Source: Lingula anatina
Taxonomy: Eukaryota > Animalia > Brachiopoda
Assembly (NCBI GenBank): GCA_051362555.1
Contig: CM120640.1
Location: 5,022,001-5,086,000 of the forward strand
DNA: 64,000 bases
Direction: 5' to 3'
Shown here piece after piece: positions 26,001-40,980 of the stretch. Every line of letters starts with the position of its first letter. Within the stretch, counting starts at the first letter, position 1. A model generated the notes under the pieces. It was not told the origin of the DNA and ran no database searches. It worked only from the letters and a program-made list of their open reading frames with translations. The position numbers and the translations under genes were made by a program.

Positions 26001-29000
26001 GTAAAGCACCGTATCTTCTTTCATACATAGGCCAACGTGGCTTAGGCCTACACTAGCTATATGCCGACTGTTGCTGAATATCGACAACGCATATATCGCA
26101 ATGCTGAATATATCTTTGTAGACTAATGTAGGTTTCGGCACAGAATTATCTCTGCTTATTTATGACTACAGATGATTCCTTGACATCATCAGCCGGGAGA
26201 TGTTTCTGCTCTTGGACATAAGATTGATTGTTTGCTTCTCTCGCGGTGAAAACTCAACACACTCCTATCAGCCTCATCAACTTGTCATTATCCCTCTCTC
26301 GTCCTCTGATCCGTTAAAACTTTACTTGATTTCTTATTAGATATACCGGCCACTTAAGCCGAATATGACAGGATTCCATTGATCATGTACGCTAATGTGT
26401 TACAAAGCACCCCAAGTAACCATCCTCCCACGGAATCAATGTTCACTCACACACAGACAGTGCAAATAAAGGCATGTTTTTACCGATGTCTTGCATAACA
26501 TGATTCGATTTGCTGGGTAATTATTACATTAAGGCCGACGCACGACACTAGCATTAACGATGAAATATATCACTTGCTGCTTCAACGCAGGTAAATGTTG
26601 AAGATGTTGAACGGCAGAGTTCCAGCGGGGCCCCGGGATATTCCCCGAATGTCCCTTTGGGGCGTGATACGTGTAGTTACTTAGACCATTCTCATACACA
26701 TTTGTGATGGTCAGAAAAAACTTTGATATACAAGCAGTCGCTAACTTGGCTAATTTTGCTAGTTTAATTTTTTTGTGTGCCAGAAGAGGAGTCCGAGACT
26801 TTACTCTAGACGCCATAGTCTCAGGTTTATACTAACCAGTTGAATTCAATTGTTTTCATGGTATTGATCACTGTCATTTTGGAGGTTTCATTGGATGGAT
26901 ACCAAACAACAAACTGAACGAAACAATGCCACGTATTATAAATGCCTTTCGCGTCTCTAAAATGATTTGATCGCAGTTTCTTATAAATAAATAATCGTGC
27001 AGTGATATTGTTCCCAAAAGCATAGGGCCTTTATATAGACGACAATGACATATACAAAATAATTAACTTTGTTTATTTTGTGCCGATAATGCCTATTTAA
27101 AAACTGGAAATAGCATGTACTCTTTATGTTTTATTCAGTATAAAGCATACACAGTGAATCATAAGTAATTTGATCATTTCCAACTTTGCTGTTTTTAGCT
27201 TGTATTGTTATTTTTGCGAAGCCTGAGAGAATAGTCGACTAATTCAGTTGGCATATCTGCAATAAAACAAGCCTTTTTAGACCACAGGGTTTCTCTTTTT
27301 TTTAAACACAAGTTATTGACGACAAGAACCCTCTATACAAAGTACATGCCACTGGAAATATTTCCTTTGGGGTCAATGGGAATAAAGATTCCCAGTAATC
27401 CTTGATATTTGCCAAGATTACCGTGGGGCAATCAAATACGTATTAAGGAACTAAATTAGTATCGTCTGCGCCAACCCAACAGCAAATCACTTCGGCAGTA
27501 AAAAAGAGGTTACCGGCGTTAAAACACCACGTTGCGCGGTGGCCAATAGACCCTATGTAACTTATTTAGTCATCCGTGCCAAGTAGGATTGATGGCATAC
27601 TAGAGGGAGAAAGGGATTGGAGTGGGTGCAGTATTTTCTTTTATCCATTATTCGAGAACCTAGTCTTGCACAAAAGTCCTCCGCGTTTTTTTCTTTATTT
27701 TCCCAAAAACTCGGGAGGCATGGTGATATTTTTATTTCACAATGTTAGACCGGTATTAAAATCTATATTGAATACACTAGTAAATATGTAGGTCTACGTT
27801 ACATTGTTATTGCCTTAGTAAATACATGTATACACACTACAAGGTGAAGGTCGTCGCTCGGACGGATTGAAGGTCAAGCTAATGTCTAAACAAAGGTTGC
27901 TGCATTTGGACTTTCACTATGCGTAATTGATTAAGCCCTAGAGCAGAGACACTCATAACATTCAGAACATACATTGTTTATATCAATAACAGACAACGTG
28001 ACGCTTATACCTCGATTTTTGCTTTCGAAACGAATTCAATTACAAGGTTTTTCAAAACAGTTCTTAAAATCCCCATAGCTACATGTACTAGTAGAATGAG
28101 GCTATAGATACATGTCATACTAACTTGTTACATATGATGATATTTTAAATTATTTCCGTAAGCATCCATACACATAAATACACGCCAGAAAAAGAAATTA
28201 CCTTACGAAGCTATGGCTTACTGTAAACCGATGGTAGGCCTATTGCTTTGATGAGCTCTACACTCACAGTTTAACGCGCTATATAGTAGAACTATCCCCA
28301 CAATATGTTGCGATCCGCCTATTGCACGTGTATTCACCTCAACGTGAAATAGATTTCTTGGTGGCCGCTCCACCTGGATTATGGTTCACCTTGTTGTATA
28401 TGGGATTTAAGCAGGTGTTGCAATATTCTCCGTGTACATGTATAAACAACGAGCTCTATTGAAGGCAATGTAATGGATGTCTACAAATTACGGTTAACCA
28501 CAGCAAAGATTTCTGTTTATATATCACTATATATCATTTTTATTGGCTTGAAACCATCAAATTAATAATAAAACACTTCAGTTTTGCAACCTCTGAAATA
28601 TTATCATTGCGTCTTCTGCTAATTAAGGTTTCTGAATAAATTTGTTGCGGTATTTTATGAGAGAGTCTCGTCTGGGGAAGGCATTTGGTTAAAACAATAA
28701 TAGCGAAAAGGTCATTTTAACAGAACAAACAGCTAGAATGGTATTTAAGTTCTGACTCATTGCGCATCTCTCGTTATATTATTGTGTCTATCACAGACCA
28801 GGAAACAATTACCCAACTGCCATCTCTTTTCTTACATGAACACTCTGAACCGATACAATCTTCGGAAACCCGAAATGCCATAGCAATAAGTCAGTCTAGA
28901 TGAAAACTAGTGGCTCCCCAATGGCCGCATGACATGTATCAATTCAGCTAAGATTAATGTTATTGGCAATGATTTCAGAAAATGCGGCACTTTCTAAACT

Positions 29001-29045
29001 GACAGCAAAATCTTGACGTTTCAGGGAAAGCTACAATGTACTTCC

Positions 29046-29050
<5 letters not shown>

Positions 29051-29096
<46 letters not shown>

Positions 29097-29113
29097 GCAC
29101 ACGCACACGCACA
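29051..29113. repeat. Compound (TC)n(AC)n/(ACGCAC)n microsatellite
   Basis: Direct reading. Confidence 0.9.
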
Positions 29114-32100
29114 AATGGCTGCCCTTGTATTTTCAATCTAAAACAGATTGCAGTGAGTGTCAAAGCAGGACAATTTTAATTCACTCCACAAAACGTGCAA
29201 AGAAGTCAGTATAACGCTATAGAAGTCTCTCTAGATACCACATACCTACAACAAAAAACCATTCTTTAAAGCTCCAATAAGAAAATCATAGCGTCTTTAA
29301 AGTCTGGCGGCCTTGGGTCAATACTACATTAACTGGACACAACCCTCTGGAGCAAGGTTCTAATCATCTGGTTTAAAGCCCGCAACCGTTACAGAACGTC
29401 AATCAATGTCTTGTTACTACTGGACGTGTCCACATCAATCAGGGCCATCCAGTCAATCCAATTCTTGAGGAACGTACATGTACTTTATCACTGGAAGATA
29501 AAATTGATGATCCAATGTCAGTTCTGTTTGGGGATCAGAAATGCATTGGTGACTTTCTGAAGTAACATGATGTCACTGTGAACGAAAATAATTCTACTAC
29601 ATTCCGGATTTTTTTATATGGACATCATTGAAGTAAATAGTTTTTAAATGCGTTATCTATTCAATTATTTATCATTTTCAATTTTTTTTCCTACATGGTA
29701 CTCTGCACTGTCATTGGCCCGATGCGGGATATCTCAAAACCTGGATAGCATGTGATCGGATAACGTCTACACCTTGCACTGTACATGTTCTTTAACGTTA
29801 TTAGGCATCATATGCCGCCGTCAATTTGATTAAGATACGTGTAGGTTCAGAAGAGGAGGCATTAATGACCCTTTTGCAGTTTCTCTGCACTTTCAAGTAT
29901 AGAGCTAATCTATCTATTTTTAACGTATTTCCCTTGGTGAAAAGTATAATCAGCAAATTAGAATATGAAGAATGTGTAAATCAGATAAGGGATAATTTGA
30001 GGTTTTAAAGTACTAGTGAAACCGCACGGATGAACCTATGGATTTTTTTTCCAGATTAGATATACTAAAGACCATTAAGCATGCTCCTTCAAAATGGAAT
30101 CACCATTTTGCAGGCTATTGTATATATCTTTATAATGGGATTTGAATTGCTTTCATGGCTTTCCCGGTGGGTATTAAGTAAAACCATATATATTTTATTT
30201 TACCTCCTCCTCTTCTGAGAAAAAATAGAAAAATGGAGCCTAACGATAGAATAACATACGAAGTTTGTTTTATTTTTCAATACATATCATATGAAGACGG
30301 TAAGCTGCAAAATTTGGAGTTTCAAATACGCTCTTCTCTTTATACCATATTCGGTCAAATCACGATTGCTTTATAGAATAAAGATTTTGAATTGCATTTG
30401 TCCTAAGAGGAAGCAAGAGTGTAAAGATCGATCCTACAATCATGAATAAATAATTGGTCATAACTGCACAAGCTCCGCAATAAGTAAAACTGAAGGGCAG
30501 TAAATAGTGCTGTGGCAGTCAATTTGCATGCAGCGGGGTGTCGTTGAGGTAAATGACACTATAAATCAATGGCAACTCAACCAGTCAAATTAAAGATACT
30601 TGAAAGTATATATACTAAACATCATGGCTGCTGCCGTTGCTTCCCAGTCTTCCAGGCAGATTCGTGAACTAGGGCGACGTCGGTTCGTATATAACTAAAA
30701 AATCGATTTCATTTCCGGAAAGAGGCGCGGTAAAGGCTGTAAATAATGGTATTACATGCTAATAAAAAATTGAGTGTAATGTAGAAGCCTTGCTGAAAAA
30801 CACCCTGTTCTACTCTTCTCTTTCATGTTCGGAAATTGGCTGACGTGACAAAGTGATGATATTGAGTCGGATACTAATGTGCGGATACGCCGAAGTCGTT
30901 AATGAATTTTACAGTCCAAAGCCCGGATATGGGATCAATGAAAAGGGGATAGGTGTTCGGTGGGTGAATGTTATAATACTTCACGTGGAATTTTCCGTTT
31001 TATGAATGCATACATTTAGGAGAACTTTGTGACCAAAGAAAGGTGTCTGCAAGGCACTGCATTACTCTGTACAAAACATACGGGTTTATTGTCTGTAGAG
31101 TAGAGTGTTTTTTTTTTCTTGTCATTGGATCATACATGATAACCACGTCTTGGCTGGAAGGAAACTTTCTGCACAATCCATCCTTGGGCCTATGTATCTG
31201 CTTCAAAAAAATGAACTTGGTAATTGAAATCAAGCTGATATTAATCTAAATACTGTGAGTGAGTTTGAAGTCATTCAGAATGAGAAGAGCTGAGAGACCA
31301 TTACAGGATTAAGCGGTCTTCCTTTCATGTAGGTCCGAAATATTAAGGCCGTGAATCAGCTAGCACTCGGCTCTTCTCATTCTGAATGGACCTTTTGTGC
31401 CCTACTTTTAGCACAATTGCTAAAATTAATTCTGCCTTTGCTTCACTTTTTTACAAACCATCACGTTCCCAGTGCTTTTTTTCACATTAGGCAGGAAACG
31501 GCATCAGTCATTAGTTTCAATGGAAGACACTTGTTGATATAGGCATTGCTCACAGGGTGATTAAACTGATAAGTTTTACATTGCCATTAAGCTTGCTCAT
31601 GATATTCAGACAATTTGTGCATCGACTTTCCTTCATAAGCCATGGGAGTAATATATCATTTTTTCTAAAGTGAATGAAAGCATCGTTTTGTATAAGTGTT
31701 CATCAATCCTTTGTAATCGATTTTTTTCATTAAATGTGTTTCTTTTGTAAATGGCTGATATTTGTTTAATTCTTTATGATGTTTTTGTGAGCTTTTGAAT
31801 TCAAGCAAAGTTAGGTTTGATGATTAAGACCGTCTGTGGAAAAATTGCAACCAGTTTTTATACCCAAAACTTACAATTCACACCTTTTGAAATTGTGATT
31901 CTTACAGTTTTTAACTCTGTGTCAACGAAAAACATTCGAAGCAATACATTTTTATATACGTATGTTACAGTTACAAATGTTTTGTGTAGCTACGAGTAAG
32001 GGCTGAGTCATATGCGGTGACTTTGACATATTTAATTGATTATAAAGGTTGTCGAGCATCATTCACGCTTATCAGAGCCATTGAAAACTCCCCATGTGTG

Positions 32101-35100
32101 CTCTGGAAGTGCTGTGACAGATAACGGCAAATGAGTACGGTATTCATCATAGGACCTTGTCAAGAAAATAATGTTCGACGCCACCACTGTCCTTGCTATC
32201 ATAAAATACCTTGCTTAAAATGATGAGCCATAGGAACATTTGAACACAAGTTGAGCACGCCACGTGCAATTGTGAAACACCAGGATGTACACATGAACAA
32301 ACCAAACAGACCAAGAAAGAATAAAAAACACCATAGAGGCATCTTGGAGGATACGGAAACCCATTACTTACTGACAGGCTGTAAAGAATTAATGCTTTTT
32401 ATGGCCCTCTTAGAGAAACTCTCTAATGGTTTGGCGAGATGCAGCAAACTAAGTCGCTCAGGTGTGATAGCCTTTGAAATGGGTTTATTCAATCCAATTC
32501 TCGAGATCGACTCTATTACTGAGTATGCAATATCGTTAGCTAGTGCTTGCACACTAAGTGACGTTTATAATCACCATATCCGTCCATCAACCGCAATTTT
32601 TCGTGGCAATAAAATTAGTTGACGTTGAATTTCTAATTATATTGTTGCAGTTTTACTTGAAAAAAAAGGAAAAAAGAAAAACAAATTGAAACTAACTTAA
32701 AACATACAAATAAGTAGCCAATTTAATATTCTAGATCAGATTATTGAATTGTTAACAAATTTAGAGCATTAAAAAACACGCTACGCGCTGAGAAGACAAT
32801 TTCCACTAACAGCCATGGAGTTTTATTCTCTGCCTAGGGTCCTACATCTTTAGCTTCAAATCACATATATCTGAAGAGAAAGTTATCAGAGCTTCAGAGA
32901 TCGATCTGATGAAAAATCGCACCAGAAATGCTATCAGAGGTACGATTCAGAAGCACAGAAATTCTTAGAACCCCCATGAAGCGGAAATGGTATCAAAGTA
33001 TCTAAAGGAATATACTGACTATGCCTTTTTGTTGCTTAATTCATTATACCACTCACCTTTACGCGAATCTCTCCATATCACCCCTTACTAGAACACATCC
33101 AATGTTACGTGAAGACTCCCGCGGTTGCTTTTTATAGAGACCACGGCTACATGTAAATTTGCGGAGAACTAATCGAGTAGAACATTCCTGCTGCATTAAG
33201 GCGAAATTCCCAAGACAGTACCACTTATTTCTTTAAATGTGGAAATGAATAATTAACTGTTCTTCTGTCCTTATCTCTACATTAAAGCGTTGTTAAGGGC
33301 ACTTGCTTCCGAACAGAATGGATAAGTGCTAGTGCACTGCGTTCGATGCACTACGAAAGTTTATTTTATAGGGCTGCAGCTAAGAGATATGATAGACGTG
33401 TCCGGGCAAACGAGGCTCACACTTTCACTTTGCAAAACTCAGTTGTATTACTTTGTCTACGCTGTATGATACATCAACAAGAAAAAGGTAAAAATGCTCA
33501 TTTGCATACGCAAGGGAAATTCTATATTATTTGAGACTTTTACATAATCATTTTGCACCAAGAACTGTTTTTATATTATAGAAAATGTCAAAAAATGAAC
33601 TTTTTTACTTCATTTCACAAGATTGAATGCTTTTCCTCTCTTTCTTATTGTCTAGATGCTCTCATCCAGTTTATGGCGCGTCTGTTTTCTCAGAAGAAGA
33701 CCTTTGGTATCCCGCAGCACGCCACATTGCATTTACATGAAAAATTAAAGAAGAACATCAGAAAACACCGTCACTAATTCATACTGACATCATGTTTTCT
33801 TTAAATAAAACCCGTGTGGGGAGTTGGAAATGTTCTGTTCTTAGGACGTTGAGCATTCAAACATCTTCGCCATCTTTGCTATATCAAAGAAGACAGCAGC
33901 TGTCCCATGGGCAACGCAGTAAACGAGGGAACGCCGGGAAGTTATAGTTCACTTACTTAATTTTTAAATGACGCAATATGAGCTTAATGCGAAGCTGATA
34001 TCAACCAATAATGTCTGCCTCCAATTAACACTGGATTAAAGTCATTGGATTTTTTGAAACAATCCCGGTTCTTTTGGCTTCAGAATTATCTGACTCACAC
34101 CGTATTACGTCATTCTAATTACCGCCCCAAAGATAAACTGTAGGATGAAATCAAGCAACGAGCTAATTAAGAAAAGGCAATCTATGTTAGTTCAAAAAGA
34201 AATTAATGAATGATTCTTTCTGTCTAATGGATAACCTATATCAGCCATTTGATATATTTTTTTAATTTTTACGAGAACAAAAAAGGGTACTTTGGAAATA
34301 AGCATTTGGTTAATGTCTGGAGGAGAAATAAAATAATATTTCCTCTGCCTAGACAGACGACTTATCTTAATGATACACAGGATGGAATCCACAAGATTTA
34401 ATGACTTCTCAAGACAAGATTGTATGAAAAGGATGGATAGATCTTCACGCCATTAATAGACCATTCTTTGTATATCACATCATATTGTTAGTGGAAATCT
34501 TTCATTTCTATGATCCGTATCTGAAAGCACACAAAGCGGCAAAATTGAAACAAAAATCGTCTGGATATGAATTGTTCAAAATGCAATGATCATAATGACG
34601 AGTGAATGGCTATGATAAGATTTCCAGCAGCACTTCATTTTGACCAAATAAGAATTAAAGTTTGAAGACAAGATTCACGGTCCATTTTCTGAATGCGGAC
34701 TTAGCTACATATACATATGTACATATGCCAAAGTTTACAATAATGCTTTAGAATTCTATTTTGGCAAAATCTACAATACTCCCCTTTGAAACAGCTCGAG
34801 GGTGACAACTATAAGTTTCATTGTTATGCTGTAAATTATTAGATGACACACTATACATGTATCTCATTTTGGGGACAAAAAATATTTCCAAATAGTGACG
34901 CCAATGTGTTTCTCGACTGTTTTCCCACAAATACTGTGAAGCGCAACGTGGTAAAGCACGGGTAGACAGAAGCAAAACATTTACCCATTTTAATTCTCGG
35001 TCTGTCAAGAAATGATTCATTTATGACTGATTTTGATGGTATTCATTTAAATCTTAACACGCAATAACGCATCTTGCTATCCGTCCGTCGGTCCGGTCCA

Positions 35101-36848
35101 TCCTCGACACAAAGCTAATGACTTTGACCATTGCGGCCGTGGCTTGCTCACCATCTCATTACTGTTGATCTGAACTCTCGTGGGATAAAACTTTTGCCAA
35201 ATGGTTTTGCGGAGTGGCGATGTTTTCTGTGTTTGGCCAGAAACGGATTTATCTATTATAATGGTGAAGGCCTCACAGTATTTAAAGTATGTTGACCTTG
35301 ATTTGCCCTTTTGCAGAACTTATTTTGTACGTGCACCGATGTGATTTTTCCTAGTCGTGGATTATGTTATGATGTATTCCTCGTTGGCATAGTCACAATC
35401 AACATATACCAAGATCTACCAAGGGCAGACATTTCAAGCAAAAATTGTAATTCCTTAAACCCCTTTTTGTTCATGACATGCCTACAGCTTTATCTAACCA
35501 TGATCTACCATAAGCCAACAGCAAAATCTTTCCACATATTGTTGAGTAAACTCTTTCTTTTCGGGACACAGTTCAGTGCAGTACATGCATTTCAGGGGTA
35601 TGTACACTACCTAATTATGAATAACATTCATGCTTGAAAGCAGGTAATGTAATTGCTTTGACATGAAATAACATGGAAAATTTTGAAGTTGAGAGAGAAA
35701 ACAAACAAGCAAAGTCACCGAAACGCTACAAAATAGATAACACCAAGAAGTTATACTTCTTGATAACACTAACAAACAAATTCAAATACATGTACATAGA
35801 GAGAGAGATATCTTATTTTATTCACTCGTCACTCTGTAATGCCATGATTTTTTAACTTTACTGGCATAAACAGTCAAAGACCTGAGTATTGCCACTGAAG
35901 GGGTATGGACGCTACAAGGATATGGACATTACAAGGGTATGAATACTAAGAGGAGAATTAGTGAAATTCACACGGAAATTATCTTATCAGCATAACCGAA
36001 AGGAGAAGACGGCATGTTAGAAATATTTAAATTTAATCTGATTACTTGATATTTCAGTCTTATGTTGGTTTAAACCTGAAATCATTATGACCATTATTGA
36101 GATAAACACAGTTTTGGAATGTTGAAGCATTGCACATAATTTCAGTGAATATTTTTTTATTTCTGGACATTTTATGTAGTCTAATAGCAATGCACAGTTA
36201 AACTACTGATTATTCATACTTGCACGGATTTGTCTCACAATCCATTTTAAGCCCAGTAAAATAAGATTTGGGTCGATTATCCAACATTATTATGTTATAT
36301 AGATTTTATTATAGGTATATTAAGACAATGGCGCTTGCATATGAATAACGACGTTGTCATTTTAAACGCTATAAAGGTTACAAAAACCATTGCACATCTG
36401 TTTGAATTAAAAGTAAAACATGATAAGATAAAATGGATTATTCTGAGAATAATTTCATTCTTTGAATATAAAAGACACTAACTAGAAATGTGATAGCTTA
36501 CCTCAAGAGAGTTGAATAGACACGCGTAGATTTTACATCCAGTATACTTTTACCGTACAAGATTGATACAACCTATATATCTTTCTTATATATTTTACCC
36601 TCTCTCTTTCTCTCTCTCTCTCTCCTGAATTTCACAATTAAATTCCTTTACATGTGATTATACCCTCTGCCAGGAGCCAGCTTAGTGATAACGTCACTTC
36701 TGTGCAAATATTCCGCACTAAAAACCTGACAATACAGAAATGGGTACAGAATTAGGCAGCAAAAATATCTGTATATCTGTGACTATCCACTGGAAGTTAT
36801 CCTTGTCACTCAAGGAGATGGTAGAGTGATTGTGTTGAGTGATATCTT

Positions 36849-37021
36849 CAGGCCCTTAGCCGGGGGGGGGGGGGGGGGGGGGTCGAAAAAAAAAAAAAAC
36901 CTTTTGCCCAGATTTCATTCCCTCTGGATAAAATATTATCTTGATATACACAGTTTTCATGGTAAATGGTCCATTTTTTTAGAAAAGACACTCCCTTTTG
37001 AAATTACTGGCTACGGTCCTG
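36849..37021. mobile_element. MITE family A, copy 1 (termini CAGGCCCTTAGCC / GGCTACGGTCCTG, internal poly-G)
   Basis: Imperfect terminal inverted repeats. Shares the internal sequence TTTCATGGTAAA..TTTTT.AGAAAA..CCCTTTGAAAT..TGGCTAC with 52506-52725. Confidence 0.7.
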
Positions 37022-39616
37022 TTTTTCATCGCCTCCGCGCTAGTCCTCTTCAACGGGTCCACTATTTCGACTTTGTGACATCGCGAGACGATATGAGACC
37101 ACAACCAATGAGAGAGAGAGAGAGTTGATCAAAACCCGCCAAACGATGGTGGTTTAGTCTAGTTGTGGTGAATCGTAAAACTAGTTTGCAAAAGTTGCTC
37201 GTTTTGAAAAGGTGGGAAACATGTAAAGATTCCAAATATTTATTAGACTACTTACAGAGCAGTATGATTAACTCAAAGCGACGAGGCCGCCGTGCAATTA
37301 GTTTTGGTGTGATTTCAATTTCCACAATTTTCAGATAAAAAGTAAGACAACGTTTACTCCAAGTTCCTATAATTTAATAACGATACAGTGTGCTCTATTT
37401 CGTGTCCCTTGATGGTTGCTTTCTGATGAGACTCGGATGTCAGACAAGGCCATTTGTAAGAGATGTTTATATCCTTTGAGACTGTTACAATAGGCTCTTA
37501 GATAAAACAAGAGATACATGTACATCTTAACGAGGTGAAACCTAAATTACAAGTTTCCCCACACCCACCCTTTTATTTGAATCTGGAATAAAATTTTATA
37601 AACCACAAATGTAGTTTTGAAAGACAAAAGTGATTCCAATATGACAATAATGAACATTCATTATTAGGCCTATCATGGGCAGTGCCACTTGCTGGGTTTT
37701 TCCAAGCACAACGTGCGCATCACGTCCGTTAGCTCACAAATTCAGGTGTAACATTATCATTTCGTTCAAAGTGAAAGGAAAAACAGCTTTAGAGGCATTG
37801 ATCTTTGCATGAGGAGTGTGTGTCGCAGTTTATCGTTTCGTTATAATCGCATGTAAACACAAGGGGTTAGATTTAGTATTAGGCGTTCGTTTGGCAAGGT
37901 GGCATTTTGCACAGTATTCCTTCGAGTAGCCTTCCTTCATTATTTTCGGAACATTGGGATGTTGCTGATTGCAAATAAAACAGTTTGGAGTGGGAATATA
38001 GCTCAAACTGTAGTGTCCTAAGCGGGAATTATTTTATTCAGTTTTTGAGATTAACGTACGTTCAGCTTTTGTGACAACGTAAACTGACACGATCATGTAC
38101 GACAGAGATCCATTAGACGATGGCTGCGGTCTGATACTAGAAAAAAATATACCGTAGGAAAAAGTCTGAAAGCAATTGACACATAAAACATTTATTTCTC
38201 CTAAAAGTTAGAAACTCGTTTTTTTTTTTTTCTTTCCGGTAATGGCATGTTAAGAGCGTGCTTATTCCACTTCTTACACACTTAAATACGCCCAAAGGCA
38301 TTTTATACATAAGTTTACTGTCAGAATATAACAAGGCAAATCCTCCATAAAACCTGAAAACACTCAACGTAGTTCTTCATTTGGTTCATAAAAAAGCAAC
38401 AAAAGTTGAAAAAGACACTTTTATAATTGGCTTGTTCGCTTCATGTTAACTGCCCTGTTCTCAATGTCTGTTCTTTAATTTCTAGACAAGGTTATAAAAT
38501 TTAATTTCCGCAAATGTACAACAGATAACTTTTACATTTCCTCTAAAACCTAGGTATTCGTGGTTCCTTTATAGCTAGTCACCTTTTATAATCTATGTTA
38601 AAATATATTCCTTTTATAATCAAATGTATCTAAATTTCCTTTTATAGTTTACACATTTTGAAAAACAAATATATCTCAAAGAAAAAGTATTCTCTTGACA
38701 TAGTTGTCATTCTAAATAAAAGCCCTGAACACATCTCTCTAGAATAAAATACTGCCTATTCTTTAAAGCTTATCCAACTTGCTAAATAAAAGATTGCTTG
38801 AAGTTAAACTGCATGCCGACTGGTCTTAACTAAGCAAATATAAATTAATAACCCATTTCCATTTTCTGTTATAGTCAAACCATCATAAAATAGAGGCACC
38901 CGATGAGCAAATATCTGCTGACAGTGGATACCATTTTGTAGCTCAATTTCCTTAACGCATCACTAGAGCATAATACGGAGAAGTCTCCAAAATTTCATCC
39001 AACAAGTTGAGTACAACCTTCTTTGGCAGTTACATTGTATGTTACCAAAAGAAGAAATATGCAATATGAACCCCTTCTCCACCATATGAAATAATAATTA
39101 ATCAGTTAAAAAACAAAATAATAATAAAAAAGATGGGGAAACTTGACCTCAAATGTTGAAATCCTGGAACAAGGTTGACGATGCCATTGTCACCAAATAG
39201 TTGCATCTTCTGGGGTTCATCTGTTTTAACAGATTTAAAAATGTTCTTTTCAACTGTTCATTTTAGTCAACAGAGAGTTAAGAAAATCACAACATTCGGA
39301 ATGTTCACATGCATGTGCTTACATGCATTATCACAGTGATGCACTAAAATAGGGTTTTCCACATATCAAGGTGTACTGATAAATAAACAATAATAATAAA
39401 ACCTTAAGAATAACACATGGCCAAACTTTGAGTGCTGTAGAGGTAATCATGAGACTTTGGTCCAATATAGATTTATGATTATCACATTGAATTCAAATTA
39501 TGATCACAAGAATGGGAGAATATACAACATACTGACAAATAAATACAGCAGAATGTAAAAAGTTTACATGTTATGAAATGTAAAATTTTCTCTTCAGATA
39601 ATAATGAACATAGACA

Positions 39617-39970
39617 CAGACATGCTGAAACTGTCAGTCCGATCAGTCATGACCGGCAAAATTTGTCTGGACCGGTAAAAAATTAGACTTAGTCGGTCCA
39701 AACAAGAGTTTAAGAGCTGCAATTTTGAATTCACAGCCATCATTTGACAAACTTCACTAATAAAATTATATAAGACCCAAAGCGTTTTTCCCTTCCATTT
39801 CAAACCTATCACATTCACAAAAAAAGTAAGCTACCCTTATATTACTGGTAGTTTCTGTCTCAAACGAATAGGGTGTATTTTGGTCTGACAAAAATCCAAT
39901 CAGTCCAGCAAATTTTTCATTACGGCCGGTCCAAATGTCCAACCATTCTGAATAGTTTTCAGCATGTCTG
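39617..39970. mobile_element. Non-autonomous TIR element (MITE family B) with a 6-bp target-site duplication
   Basis: TIR CAGACATGCTGAAA ... TTTCAGCATGTCTG, flanked on both sides by TAGACA (39611-39616, 39971-39976). Subterminal GGACCGG/CCGGTCC motifs. Confidence 0.8.
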
Positions 39971-40980
39971 TAGACATATATTTATTTTTTAAATCTAAAC
40001 TTAAATAATCATTCACTAAAGCCTTAAATTTTAAATAATTACGTACGTTTGGCCTTCAGGTACAATAAATATAATTTTAAAAATAAAAATCTATTGTAAT
40101 AATCACTATTTTACAAATAATTTTATCTTAATAATTTAAATCACTGACAATACTGCAAAAATAATTTACTTGTACAATTAGCTTTAATAAACAAGCGCAA
40201 CAACTGAGTACAACACTATACTCATTACATTAGGCAACAATAAAAGGCAATAAATACAAGTAACCAACAAAAATTGGTTGTTAGATTCAAACACATTTAC
40301 ACATACTTGTTTGTATAATTGCAGCCTACCCTATCAAAGTTATGCTGTCACGATGGGATGGTTGTACTATCAGGCCCTATTTCACATCAAACAGTTTACT
40401 GGAGGAGTCCACTTACATTGACAATGTAATAGCCTGGTAATTACATAAGAGGATCACCTTAACAGAATCCCTGAGCTGGACAAAAGTAATAAATTATTAA
40501 TTAACTAAACAGTGACTTTAGGAGAATTACAAAGGTAAATACTGCTTATTTCTGTGTAGATTCTTTGGCTAGATGTCTGATCAATTAATTTTAAACCAAC
40601 TAAAACTAATAAATAAAAATGTATAAACCTTTGATAAAATTTAGTTATTGAGCTGTATAGAATTAAGTTACTGACTTTGCTGTCATGGATAACAATATAA
40701 GCGACAATAAAAAAAAAAAAAAATCAAGGCAAGATTGACATCTTGAATAATAAACATCAGTTACACATATAAAAAAATACCACCAATTTTAGCAACTGAT
40801 GCCTCACATAAACACAATAAGCAATCCATACCACATATAGTATAGTATAGTATAGGTAAAATACTGAAAAAATGTAAACACAATACATAACAAACATTAT
40901 ATTCCAGATATTTAGGCAAAATATACTTAAACTTCAGTTTTCAAATAAAATTGCTGCAAATCATTAACACCTGAAGAGCA

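Noticed and set aside
23300-36800. Many 60-120 aa ORFs in the inter-ABCA region (e.g. 26529-26816, 32251-32622)
   Set aside because: No recognisable domains, coding-like composition or consistent exon chain. A hidden small-exon or non-coding gene cannot be excluded.
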